Position numbers and translations under genes: made by a program. Under the pieces are notes generated by a model. It had not been told where the DNA came from, did no database searches, and was given only the letters and a program-made list of their open reading frames with translations. From assembly GCA_963712035.1 (NCBI GenBank), contig CAVQGL010000004.1:458-64457 (forward strand): a stretch of DNA of 64,000 nt, given 5' to 3'. This document shows, piece after piece, positions 33,945 to 43,183 of this stretch; the first letter of the stretch is position 1, and each line of letters starts with the position of its first letter. Source of the DNA: an uncultured Acidobacteriaceae bacterium (GTDB taxonomy: Bacteria > Acidobacteriota > Terriglobia > Terriglobales > Acidobacteriaceae).

Positions 33945-36356
33945 TCACTCTTCCCGCAAGGCGGCGAGCGGATCGATTTGCGCCGCTCGCCGCGCCGGAA
34001 TGTAAGCCGCAAGAATTGAAATCAAGGCCACCGCGCCAGCCACAACCAGGAAAGTCACGGGATCGTTGGGACGAACGGCGTACTCCACGCTCGCCGCAAA
34101 TCGCGCCAGCGCGAAAGTAAGTACCAACCCGACGACAATTCCGCCCAGCGCCAACCGCAGGCTCTGCCGCAAAACCAGTCTCATCACGTCGTTTCGGCTG
34201 GCTCCTATGGCCATGCGCACGCCCAGTTCCTTGGTTCGTTCCCGCACCAGATAAGAAATCACCGCAAACAATCCCACGACGATCAGGACGACCGCCAGCG
34301 TGGTCAGCCCGCCCAGCAGCGTCAGGGCAAACCTCCAGCTATCGAGCGAATCGTGAACAACCGACTCAATGGTATCCATGCTGGGCGCGGGCATCTGCGG
34401 GTCCACATTTTGCACGGCCCGGCGAACCACCTTGTCCAGGGAAGTCGCGGTATCGTGGCGTAACGTCACGATTGCCATCGTTTGAAAGGTGACTTGCCGG
34501 TACGAGACATAGATCTGGGGAAGAAAATCGGCTTCGATCCCCGGCCGCACATCGGCCACCACTCCGATGACTCGCAAAGGCCCTTGCGGACGCCGGAGAA
34601 TTTCCAGATACTTCCCCACCGCGTCCTCGCCGGGCCAGTATTTGCGGACAAACGCTTCGTTCACAATTGCCACCGCTTGCGATTGTCCATTGTCCGCCTC
34701 GTTAAAATTGCGGCCACTAAGCAACGGAATGTCGAAGACGGAAAAATATCCCTCGTCGATGAACTCAAGACACCCATTCTCGTATTCGCCCGGCGCAAAC
34801 GAACGGCCCGTAATCCTGAAGGCATCCCCGCCACAACCCCTGAACGGGAAGGGATGCACCAGCCCTACGGCTTGCAGTCCTGGAGCGCCACGCAGTTGTC
34901 GCATGACCTTGTCAAAAAATTCTACAACGTCGTCATTATTCTGGTAGCGCGTGCGTGGCATCGGAACGTAGGAAACGAGTACGTGATCGGTGCGGAAACC
35001 AAGCGGCCGGCGCTGCAGCGCGAGAATGCTGCGCATTAGGACGCCAGTGCCAAACAACAATACGATCGAAAGCGAAATCTCGCCCACGATCAGCAGATGA
35101 CGCAAGCGCCGCCCATGCGCATCCATGGTCGAGGTATTTCCCCCGTTGCGCAGCACGTGTTGAATATCGCGTCGCAGTACCACCAGCGCCGGAATCAGCC
35201 CGAAGCCCAGCCCGGCGAGAACGGAAATTCCCGCCACGAAGGTCAATACAACAGAATTGATTCCGATGAATTTGAACGAGTCGTGATCGGGGAAAAAATG
35301 TAGCAGCGGCGCGCGCGCAGATGCGGCCAAAATGACTCCCGCCACGCCGGAAAGCACGCCGAGCGTCACACTCTCCAGCAAAACGTCGCTTAAGATCTGC
35401 CATCCGCTAGCCCCAAGCGCCCGGCGCACCGAAAGTTCCCGCATACGCGCCGTAACTCGCGCCAACATCAAAATGGCGACATTGGCGTTGGCGATCAACA
35501 ACACGAACCCAACGATGCCGAGCGACAAGAGCAAAGAGTTCCTGGCCGGAGCATTCAAGTATTGCTGCAGCGGAATCACCACTGCCCCGCTACCGTTGTT
35601 AGCCACCATTGGATATTGCGCGTGCAATTGCGCCGCGATGCGATTCATATCGGCCCGCGCCTGGTCGATGGTCGCGCCCGGACGCAGCCGTCCCACCACC
35701 TCCAGAAACGCCTGGTCGCGCCATAACATGCGGTCAGGGCGAATCTGCTGCTGCAAGGGAATCCACAGGTCGGCGTGGTCTTCGTCGCTAACATTAAGAC
35801 CTGGCGGCATGACGCCGACCACGTAAAACGACTCTCCATTGAGTACAACGGGCTTGCCAACAATCTTCGGATCGCCGAGAAACTCTTCCGCCCAAACGTG
35901 ATGACTCAGGATCACCACATGCTGTGCCGAGTAATTGTCTTCCTCCGGCCGGAAGTTTCTGCCCAGAATGGGGCGAACCCCAAGAATATCGAAAAGGCTC
36001 GCAGACACCGCGGTACCTTCGTGGAGTTTCGGTTCGCCGTGTGCGTTAAGCGTGTAGTGCATGGCGAAATACGCCGCCAGATCGGTAAATGACCGATTCT
36101 GCGCGCGGAAGTCGGTGAAGTTTGCCGGAGAAAATCCGTAGGCAGTGGTTTCATCGTTCGGCGTTGTGCTGGCAGAGACACTCATCAGCGCCGCCGGCTT
36201 GAAATACGGGAGCGGCCGAAGCAGCACTGCGTAGATAATGCTGAAGACGGCAGTAGTAGCGCCGATTCCAAGTCCCAGCGTCAAGATAACGGAGAAAGAG
36301 AAGCCCCGGCTCTTCCACAATCTGCGGAGGGTTTGTCGAAGCTGAGTTGTGTGCAT
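33945..36356 (-). CDS. ADOP-family duplicated FtsX/MacB-type ABC transporter permease
   Basis: MHTTQLRQTLRRLWKSRGFSFSVILTLGLGIGATTAVFS N-terminus. There are two MacB-periplasmic plus FtsX modules and it ends IDPLAALREE. Confidence 0.85.
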   Translation of the reverse strand: MHTTQLRQTLRRLWKSRGFSFSVILTLGLGIGATTAVFSIIYAVLLRPLPYFKPAALMSVSASTTPNDETTAYGFSPANFTDFRAQNRSFTDLAAYFAMHYTLNAHGEPKLHEGTAVSASLFDILGVRPILGRNFRPEEDNYSAQHVVILSHHVWAEEFLGDPKIVGKPVVLNGESFYVVGVMPPGLNVSDEDHADLWIPLQQQIRPDRMLWRDQAFLEVVGRLRPGATIDQARADMNRIAAQLHAQYPMVANNGSGAVVIPLQQYLNAPARNSLLLSLGIVGFVLLIANANVAILMLARVTARMRELSVRRALGASGWQILSDVLLESVTLGVLSGVAGVILAASARAPLLHFFPDHDSFKFIGINSVVLTFVAGISVLAGLGFGLIPALVVLRRDIQHVLRNGGNTSTMDAHGRRLRHLLIVGEISLSIVLLFGTGVLMRSILALQRRPLGFRTDHVLVSYVPMPRTRYQNNDDVVEFFDKVMRQLRGAPGLQAVGLVHPFPFRGCGGDAFRITGRSFAPGEYENGCLEFIDEGYFSVFDIPLLSGRNFNEADNGQSQAVAIVNEAFVRKYWPGEDAVGKYLEILRRPQGPLRVIGVVADVRPGIEADFLPQIYVSYRQVTFQTMAIVTLRHDTATSLDKVVRRAVQNVDPQMPAPSMDTIESVVHDSLDSWRFALTLLGGLTTLAVVLIVVGLFAVISYLVRERTKELGVRMAIGASRNDVMRLVLRQSLRLALGGIVVGLVLTFALARFAASVEYAVRPNDPVTFLVVAGAVALISILAAYIPARRAAQIDPLAALREE

Positions 36357-36410
36357 TCGCTCTCCCGCGATGCGGTGCGCGCCGTTCAATTATAGAGACG
36401 AATCCTGTGG

Positions 36411-36430
36411 GGCGGACACTCTTGTCCGCC
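36411..36430. repeat. GC-rich hairpin of the GGCGGAC...GTCCGCC type
   Basis: GGCGGACA-ctct-TGTCCGCC followed by GCTTTTGCC, in the divergent promoter region between the ADOP gene and 36681. Confidence 0.4.
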
Positions 36431-36680
36431 GCTTTTGCCGTTGCCTTTGATCTCCGCGCCGATCCGCCCAGGACAACCCCCTCTTTGCGCCGGCCACATC
36501 GTTTGGGGCTTGGAACCCAGCGTCAAAAGCTTTCCGGCTCGGGCGGTGTACTCCGGTAACTTCCAGCCTCAGCCTATCTCCCCTAAAATTGCCGAGTCAA
36601 AAGCTGCGCCTCCGGGTTTACCACTTAGACTGGATTTTCCCCAGAAGCGAACAAAGAACCACCAAACCAAGAGGAGAACA

Positions 36681-37136
36681 ATGAAGACTTTAAGAGTCTG
36701 TACCGTGATTGCATTTTTTCTGGCTGTCTGCTCCACCATGACCTTTGCCGATGATCCAGGAAGGCATCCGGCATACCTGCACGCCCTTTCCGACCTTCGC
36801 GACGCCCGCGCTCATCTCGATCGCCTCACTCCTTCCGACCGGCTCGATAGCGAAGAGGAACACGCCATCCGCGAAATCGACGCTGCCATCGCCGAAATCA
36901 AACACGCCGCCATCGATGACGGCAAGAACGTCTCGGACCACATGCCCGTGGACGCGCACGGCGGCCGCCGCGGCCGTTATCACAAGGCCCTCGAATTACT
37001 CGACCGCGCCCATCATGATATTTCAGAAAAAGAAGACGACGAGTTTGCCCATGGCCTGCGGCATCGCGCCTTGCAACACATCGACGAAGCCCATCGCATC
37101 GTCGATCACCTGATTATTCAGGCTTCCGGCGACTGA
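36681..37136 (+). CDS. Secreted His/Asp-rich helical hypothetical protein
   Basis: GAGGAGAACA-ATG. Signal peptide MKTLRVCTVIAFFLAVCSTMTFA; 151 aa. Confidence 0.55.
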   Translation: MKTLRVCTVIAFFLAVCSTMTFADDPGRHPAYLHALSDLRDARAHLDRLTPSDRLDSEEEHAIREIDAAIAEIKHAAIDDGKNVSDHMPVDAHGGRRGRYHKALELLDRAHHDISEKEDDEFAHGLRHRALQHIDEAHRIVDHLIIQASGD

Positions 37137-37295
37137 GTTTCGCCGAAAACCACCGGGATGTCCGCTCTAGCGCGCTGCTTGCGCTAGAGTGGACTCGTGT
37201 CCTTCGATCAGGGACGATGCCGAACGGTCTGGATGAGCGGCGACGATTATCGGCCGGCGGCGACTGCACCAGAGCTGGAGTATCATTCCGGAATC

Positions 37296-37736
37296 ATGGA
37301 TCCCGCACAGGAACGACGGCGGCTTGAGGCTGTGTACTCGAAGATGGCTGAAGGGGAATTGCGCAAAGTTGCAGAAGATGCCGACTCGCTTACCGACGAG
37401 GCGCTACAGACGCTGACGGCCGAGATGAGCCGCAGGGGATTAGACATAGCAACCGCCGTTGCTCCAACTGGAACCGACGAAGTGGGATTTCAGGAACTGG
37501 TCACGATCCGCAAGTTTAGAGATTTGCCCGAAGCTGTGCTCGCCAAAGGCCTGTTAGAATCAGCGGGAATCGAATGTTTTCTCGCAGACGACAACCTGGT
37601 GCGGATGGATTGGTTCATTTCGAATTTTGTCGGAGGCATCAAGCTTCAAGTCAAGGCGGAAGATGCGACCGCTGCGAACGAAGTCCTGGAACAGCCGATC
37701 CCCGAGACGTTGGATGAGGATACGGCTGGAGAATAG
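37296..37736 (+). CDS. Hypothetical protein with C-terminal DUF2007-like (putative signal-transducing) fold
   Basis: LVTIRKFRDLPEAVLAKGLLESAGIECFLADDNLVRMDW...LQVKAEDATAANEVL resembles DUF2007. The start is uncertain. Confidence 0.45.
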   Translation: MDPAQERRRLEAVYSKMAEGELRKVAEDADSLTDEALQTLTAEMSRRGLDIATAVAPTGTDEVGFQELVTIRKFRDLPEAVLAKGLLESAGIECFLADDNLVRMDWFISNFVGGIKLQVKAEDATAANEVLEQPIPETLDEDTAGE

Positions 37737-37810
37737 AAAAGTTGCGATGTTCCAAGTGCGATCCGACGAATGGTCCTTCCCACCTTTTTGCCCGTTCTCC
37801 GCGCATCGTA

Positions 37811-37844
37811 AGAGCCTTCCCGGCTTAGACCGCTCTAGGATGAC
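37811..37844 (-). repeat. Degenerate copy of the GTCATCCTGAGC...GAAGG repeat
   Basis: The minus strand reads GTCATCCTAGAGCGGTCTAAGCCGGGAAGGCTCT. It lies downstream of the aldo/keto reductase stop. Confidence 0.45.
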
Positions 37845-37890
37845 GACTACGACGTGTTGGGCACGCTCCGCGTCAATCGCCCACGCAAGA

Positions 37891-38859
37891 TCAGGCGGCT
37901 TTCTCTTCTGTCCAATCGCTTGCTCTGGTCAGCCGTTCGATCGAATCGTGATCCAGTTCCAACTTGGTGGCTTCCACCAAATCGTGCAGTTGTTCGACGC
38001 TGGTCGCGCTGGCGATGGGTGCGGTGATGCTGGGCCGCGCCATCAACCAAGCCAGGGCGATTCTCGCAGGCGTAGAGTTGTGTGACTTCGCGACGTTATC
38101 TAAGGCTTCAAGAATGCGGAAGCCCCGCTCATTCAAATACTGCTTAACGCCACTACCGCGCGGACTTTTCCCGAGATCTTTCTCGGAATGATATTTGCCG
38201 CTCAGAAATCCACGGGCGAGAGAGAAATAGGGGATGACCCCTAAGCCGTTGGCTTCGCAGACCGATTCAAGCGCCTGCTCGAAGAACGCGCGGTCATAAA
38301 GGTTATACCAGGGCTGCAGGCTCTCGTAGCGGGGAAGATTGTGCTGCCGGCTTACTTCCAAAGCTTCCGCCAAGCGCTCAGCGCTGTAGTTGGAGGCGCC
38401 AATAGCCCGCACCTTTCCTTCCTTGATCAATTGCGCGTAAGCCTCAAGCGTTTCGGCGAGTGGAGTGTTGGGGTCGTCCTCATGAGATTGATAGAGGTCA
38501 ATGTAATCGGTCTGCAAGCGGCGCAGGGAATCTTCCGCGGCGCGCAGAATGTAGGACTTGGAAAGGCCCTTTTTGCCGGGACCCATTTCCATGCCGACCT
38601 TGGTGGCGATAATTACACTTTTGCGTTTGCCGCTGCGCTTCAGCCAATTCCCGATGATAGCTTCCGATTCGCCTCCGTTGTTGCCCGGGACCCATTTGGA
38701 ATAGACATCCGCGGTATCCAAAAACGTAAGATCGGACGCGACGGACGCGTCCAGCAATTTGAATGCGGCGGGTTCGTCTACCGTCCAACTGAAAACGTTG
38801 GTCCCCAAGGCCAATGGTGGGATTTCGATTCCGGAGTTGCCCAACTTGCGTAGTTTCAT
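37891..38859 (-). CDS. Aldo/keto reductase
   Basis: MKLRKLGNSGIEIPPLALGTNVF, FLDTADVY, IDLYQSHEDD, AIGASNY. Confidence 0.9.
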   Translation of the reverse strand: MKLRKLGNSGIEIPPLALGTNVFSWTVDEPAAFKLLDASVASDLTFLDTADVYSKWVPGNNGGESEAIIGNWLKRSGKRKSVIIATKVGMEMGPGKKGLSKSYILRAAEDSLRRLQTDYIDLYQSHEDDPNTPLAETLEAYAQLIKEGKVRAIGASNYSAERLAEALEVSRQHNLPRYESLQPWYNLYDRAFFEQALESVCEANGLGVIPYFSLARGFLSGKYHSEKDLGKSPRGSGVKQYLNERGFRILEALDNVAKSHNSTPARIALAWLMARPSITAPIASATSVEQLHDLVEATKLELDHDSIERLTRASDWTEEKAA

Positions 38860-38990
38860 GGTCGGTCTTTCACCTTATGTCCTCTACGCTGGCTTAGATT
38901 ACACGGCAGAAATCTGGATGCAGGGTGGCCTGAAATTTCTGAGACTGCTTGGGGCTGGCCCCCTGCCGAGCCCATGCGAGAATATCGAGG

Positions 38991-39794
38991 ATGAAAGTGA
39001 GAGCACCGTCTTTCCGAGGCGCAATCATTGTCCTGCTGATTGCGATGGGGACACTTGCGCAGTCTGCACAGCGGATTGGGACGAAACACCCTCCTGAATA
39101 TACCTTCAAAGTCGTCCGCCAGTTTCCGCATGACCCTAAGGCTTTCACACAAGGACTTGCGTATCGCGACGGCTATTTCTATGAGGGCACCGGGCTCAAC
39201 GGACATTCCTCGCTTCGCCAAGTTCGCATGCAGACGGGAGAGGTTGTGCGAAAAGTAGATCTGGCGCCGCAGTTCTTTGGCGAAGGAGTGACTCTGCTGG
39301 GCAACGAAGTTTTCCAGCTTACCTGGCAATCGCATATTGGATTTGTTTATCTGCTCAGCGATTTCCGCTGGGTGCGGAGCTTTTCCTACCCTGGTGAGGG
39401 CTGGGGCATTACGACCGTGGGGAATGAACTCTTTATGAGTGACGGAACTCCAGAAATTCGTGTTTTGGATTCGGGTACGTCGCTTGAAAAACGGAGTTTC
39501 ACGGTCCGCGATGGAACCACGCCGGTCTCTCAATTGAATGAACTGGAGTTTGTGGATGGCGAAATCTTCGCTAATATCTGGCAGACTGATCGAATCGCGA
39601 GAATCTCTCCACAAAGCGGAGAAGTTGTCGGCTGGATTGATCTCAGCGGCCTTCTTAGTTCGGACCAACGTCCCGATCCGGATGCCGTTTTGAACGGCAT
39701 CGCCTACGATCCCAAAGAAAAGCGGTTGTTTGTCACCGGCAAATTATGGCCGGCTATTTTTGAAATCCAACTTGTGCCGAAACGTCCACACTGA
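38991..39794 (+). CDS. Glutaminyl-peptide cyclotransferase (beta-propeller type)
   Basis: Signal peptide, then FPHDPKAFTQGLAY..GYFYEGTGLNG.SSLR, FGEGVT, GEGWGIT, LNELEFVDGEIFANIWQTD. Confidence 0.85.
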   Translation: MKVRAPSFRGAIIVLLIAMGTLAQSAQRIGTKHPPEYTFKVVRQFPHDPKAFTQGLAYRDGYFYEGTGLNGHSSLRQVRMQTGEVVRKVDLAPQFFGEGVTLLGNEVFQLTWQSHIGFVYLLSDFRWVRSFSYPGEGWGITTVGNELFMSDGTPEIRVLDSGTSLEKRSFTVRDGTTPVSQLNELEFVDGEIFANIWQTDRIARISPQSGEVVGWIDLSGLLSSDQRPDPDAVLNGIAYDPKEKRLFVTGKLWPAIFEIQLVPKRPH

Positions 39795-40120
39795 AAGTAT
39801 GGCTGTCGTCAAGGAAGCGCCGTTCGTGTTGGACGAAGCCAGGGTCAGCACATTGCCGTGCGCGTCGTAAGTGTAGGTGAGCGTGCCTTCGGGCGTGGCC
39901 TCTGTGACCAGGCGGTCGCGATTGTCGTAAGTGTAGCTGGTCGATCCGCTGGCGTCGGCCATCGAGGCCCGGTTGCCGTGTAGGTGAACGTGACCGTGGG
40001 CTCGCTTAAAGACGGATCTGGCACCTTGGTGAGCAGACGGTTCAGGCTGTCATAGCTATATTTAGTTCGAGTGCTGGGCTCGTGTTTGTCGCAGTTCTCA
40101 TACATGCTTGAGTCCGACAA
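39795..40120 (-). pseudogene. YD/RHS-repeat protein fragment (about 110 codons, frameshifted, truncated at both ends)
   Basis: KYSYDSLNRLLTKV, TFTYTATG, then in another frame YTYDNRDRLVTEATPEGTLTYTYDAHGNVLTL. It runs into the 3' end of the cyclase gene. Confidence 0.6.
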
Positions 40121-40233
40121 GACATATTAGCACTGAGTAAAACTTGTTAGAGAAGAGAGGAGTCTGCTTTGAAAGAAGCAAGTAAGTTAGTTTTCTGTGA
40201 CTAACTCTATTCTGGCACGCGAGTCTTCTTCAC

Positions 40234-41226
40234 CTAAATCGAAGGCGTTGAAAAGGAGAAAGAGATAGAGGTTAGCACTTTCTGGAAGGGTAATGGCCCG
40301 GGGCTGATGATGGTTCTTATCGAATCGAGCAGGCGGCTGATGGGATGGCGGACTGCAGCTGCGCGAAGATCGTCTGCGGTGACATGTAGATAAACTTGTG
40401 TGCTTGTAATGAGGCGATGTCCGAGCAGATCGCGGATGGTAACGAGACCGACGCCGGCACGGACCAGATGAGTTGCAAAGGTGTGGCGCATACGATGCGG
40501 CGAAAGACGAACGCCGATGCGGCTGCGCTGTCCCCACGTGCGCACGCGTTCATAAACTCCGCCACGTGACAACAGTCTTCCGAAACGTGATCGGAAGAAT
40601 GGCGCCGAAGGCAGTGCGGGGCCGCGTGCCTGTACGTATGCACGGAGCAGTTCCGCCAGTTGCGGGTTGAGAGGAATGACGCGTTCATGACCGCCCTTGC
40701 CACGAACGGTGATAGCGAGTTCCTTGAGGTCGACATGACTGTTACGAAGAGAGGCGCACCCGGATGCGCGAATGCCGGTTCCGTACAAGATCGCAAGCAG
40801 TGCGCGATCGCGCAGTCCGATCACGGTCGTGGCCTTCGGCTCAGCCAATGGCCGGCTGACCTGCTCCTGCGAGAGAGCGATGGGCAGCTTGCGGGGCACA
40901 GCCTTGATCGAAGGAAACGTCGCGAGCGGGTTGGCGGAAGGTTCAAGATATCCCATGGCCACCATCGCGCAATAAAAGCGGCGGAGCACAACGACGGCGC
41001 GATTGACCGCGGAGGCGCCGTTATCGCGTACTTCGCGAAGATACTGCACGTAGCCGAGAACATCACGCGCGGTGATTTCGTCGGGCGCGCGATCTGCGCA
41101 CTTGACCTGGACCCACTCGTGAAACTGCTTGAGAGTGTTCTCGTAGGCAACCAGCGTGAGCGGGCGCAGACCTCGCGCAACGCAATGCGTGCGAATGTAG
41201 ACATCGATCCAGAATGACCACTTCGT
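40234..41226 (-). CDS. ritC: Tyrosine recombinase, third of trio (RitC position), lacking a canonical start (ACG at 41224-41226)
   Basis: In-frame N-terminal SAM-like domain KWSFWIDVYIRTHCVARGLRPLTLVAYENTLKQFHEW lies upstream of the GTG used by the ORF track. YGTGIRASG, HRMRHTFATHLVRAGV, LGHRLITSTQVYLHV. GGAGAC lies 5 nt upstream of the ACG. Confidence 0.7.
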   Translation of the reverse strand, partial: TKWSFWIDVYIRTHCVARGLRPLTLVAYENTLKQFHEWVQVKCADRAPDEITARDVLGYVQYLREVRDNGASAVNRAVVVLRRFYCAMVAMGYLEPSANPLATFPSIKAVPRKLPIALSQEQVSRPLAEPKATTVIGLRDRALLAILYGTGIRASGCASLRNSHVDLKELAITVRGKGGHERVIPLNPQLAELLRAYVQARGPALPSAPFFRSRFGRLLSRGGVYERVRTWGQRSRIGVRLSPHRMRHTFATHLVRAGVGLVTIRDLLGHRLITSTQVYLHVTADDLRAAAVRHPISRLLDSIRTIISPGPLPFQKVLTSISFSFSTPSI

Positions 41227-42113
41227 GGCTGGTCTCCGATGGGAAGGGTTCTTACTGCAGCTTGAGTGCGGCCGGGCAGAACGTGCAGGTATACGCCTGT
41301 TTCCTGCGGACTACAATGGCCCATTAAAGATGCGATGACAGCGAGGTCGACACCGCGATCCATCAGATGAGTTGCAAAGCTGTGCCGGAGAGTACGCGGC
41401 GTGATGTCGGGTCGCAGGCCGGCACGAGTCACTGTGTCCTTGACGATCCGGCACACGTCCTTGGCACGCAATCTTCGATGCTTGGCGCTGGTTCGAAACA
41501 GTGGCCCGCGTTTTCCATGCTCGAGAAGATAGGCCAGCAGCTCTGTGTAGAGCGCTTCGGGAATAGGAATCGAACGTGGCCGATCGCCCTTGGCGTGCAG
41601 TACAGTTAACTCGTGACGTTCACGGTTGATCTGCGCTACGTCGAGGGCGCATAACTCATCGGTACGCAGACCACAGCCATAAAGCATCAGCACAACCAGG
41701 CGATCGCGCCGTGCTGTTGGTCCGGCTGCGGACGTTGCCTGCACAAGCTTCGCGGCTTCGTCGAGGGTGAGAGAACTGGGCGCGATCCGCGGCATCGCGT
41801 GCTTGAGGGTAAAGCCATCGAGCACGTTGCGCTCACTGCGGCCACTGCGCCATGCGTAGTCGAGGAAGCCGCGTAGATGGCTCAGATACTTGGCCAAGCT
41901 GGTCTCAGTGCAGCCGGACTCGCGTTCCGCCTCCAGCCAGTGCAAGTAGTCTTCGAGCTGCAAGCGCCACAAGGGAGTATCGGTGCGCAATCCACTCAAC
42001 GCGCGACGCAAGGTACAACGAACATCGATGATCGTTCGCGGAGTCTTGCGTCCGACCTTGTCCAGGTAACTCAGGTAGCCCTCGATCGGAGGATCCATCG
42101 ATGACTGCTTCAT
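40821..42113 (-). CDS. ritB: Tyrosine recombinase, second of trio (RitB position). The ORF as sequenced reads through about 134 extra codons
   Basis: ATG at 42111-42113. YGCGLRTDEL, RTLRHSFATHLMDRGV, MGHCSPQETGVYLHV. The recombinase fold ends near 41223. The remainder overlaps ritC out of frame and looks non-protein-like. Confidence 0.8.
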   Translation of the reverse strand: MKQSSMDPPIEGYLSYLDKVGRKTPRTIIDVRCTLRRALSGLRTDTPLWRLQLEDYLHWLEAERESGCTETSLAKYLSHLRGFLDYAWRSGRSERNVLDGFTLKHAMPRIAPSSLTLDEAAKLVQATSAAGPTARRDRLVVLMLYGCGLRTDELCALDVAQINRERHELTVLHAKGDRPRSIPIPEALYTELLAYLLEHGKRGPLFRTSAKHRRLRAKDVCRIVKDTVTRAGLRPDITPRTLRHSFATHLMDRGVDLAVIASLMGHCSPQETGVYLHVLPGRTQAAVRTLPIGDQPRSGHSGSMSTFARIALREVCARSRWLPTRTLSSSFTSGSRSSAQIARPTKSPRVMFSATCSIFAKYAITAPPRSIAPSLCSAAFIARWWPWDILNLPPTRSRRFLRSRLCPASCPSLSRRSRSAGHWLSRRPRP

Positions 42114-43051
42114 GCCTTCACCTCCTGTTCGGAATGCAGCCAAGCGTTGATGGGATGGAGTTCGATCGCGGCACGCCGCTGTGGATCCGCGATGTGTATG
42201 TAGCGCACCGTGGTCGATATCACCGAGTGACCGAGGACTCGCTGCACCTCGGCAAGATGAACACCTGCTTCCAGAAGATCGGAAGCGCAAGTATGACGGA
42301 ACTGATGGAGGCTGTGCATCGGAACCTGTGCGTTGCGCGAGATGGCATGCACTCCGTTGCTGATGGCGAAGCCTGAAAGGCGCTTGCCGTTGCGGCTTAC
42401 CAGCAATGCCGGCTCATCCAACCTGCCGCTCTGTTCGAGCTGGTTGTGACGCTGCGGCAGATATGCTTCCAGGCAACGCAGCGTAACATCCGGCAACGGC
42501 ACGCAGCGTTCCCGTCCTGTCTTGCGACCATCGATGCGCAGCGTTGCTTCCGAACGATCGAATGCATCGACGTTCAGTCTCTCAAGTTCTCCGCGGCGAA
42601 GCCCGGTGCCATACAGCATGGCAAGAATCGTAACCCACAGATGCGCGCTGTAATCGCCGCGCCGGGTTGCGGCTTGCCGCCACATCGCCTCCATGTGCGC
42701 ATGGTCAATGCGCTTCGGCAGGCGACTGTAAGGTGAGACCTTCGGGCCCTTCATCCAGCGCAGCGGGTTCAGCTTCCAATGTCCCTGCCGAACGAGAAAC
42801 TCCCCGAATCCACGCATCGTGCTCAGTGTTGCGTACACGGTCGCCTTCGATCGAAAACTTGCGCACGCTGCTATGTAGTCGGTGATCAGATCCACGCCGA
42901 TCTGCTCGATCGAGACCCGTGGCCGCCGCTTCTTCAGCCAACGACCCCAACGCTCCAGCCGGGACTCTGTGTATGCAACCGAAGCCTCGCTGACTCCACG
43001 TGCCCCGTACTCCTCCATATATATGTCCAGTAGTCGATCCCATCTCCTCAT
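42110..43051 (-). CDS. ritA: Tyrosine recombinase, first of trio (RitA position)
   Basis: AAGGAGG lies 6 nt before the ATG at 43049-43051. YGTGLRRGEL, HQFRHTCASDLLEAGV, LGHSVISTTVRYIHI. The stop TGA at 42110-42112 overlaps the next ATG. Confidence 0.85.
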   Translation of the reverse strand: MRRWDRLLDIYMEEYGARGVSEASVAYTESRLERWGRWLKKRRPRVSIEQIGVDLITDYIAACASFRSKATVYATLSTMRGFGEFLVRQGHWKLNPLRWMKGPKVSPYSRLPKRIDHAHMEAMWRQAATRRGDYSAHLWVTILAMLYGTGLRRGELERLNVDAFDRSEATLRIDGRKTGRERCVPLPDVTLRCLEAYLPQRHNQLEQSGRLDEPALLVSRNGKRLSGFAISNGVHAISRNAQVPMHSLHQFRHTCASDLLEAGVHLAEVQRVLGHSVISTTVRYIHIADPQRRAAIELHPINAWLHSEQEVKA

Positions 43052-43183
43052 CGCCTTCCTCCTTAAACGTTCAGGGGGCGCGCTCACGCTCGCCCCCTAA
43101 ACGTTATAGAAACAAACAATATGACCTCCAATATGACTCCCTTGGAGGTCGCGATGAGCCCTGAACTGAACTAAACAAAGTTT

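Larger units (their letters stand above)
40234..43107 (-). mobile_element. Recombinase-in-trio (RIT) element: three tandem tyrosine recombinase genes (outer ends not defined)
   Basis: Three same-strand integrase genes in a row, each with the R...HxxR...Y catalytic signature. The first pair is coupled by an ATGA overlap. The element is flanked by gene fragments on both sides. Confidence 0.75.

Noticed and set aside
40821-41222. The about 134-residue C-terminal extension of the second RIT recombinase as a genuine extra domain
   Set aside because: It is the out-of-frame translation of the third recombinase's N-terminal domain and is Ser/Arg/Pro-rich. One base change at the ancestral ATGA junction explains it.
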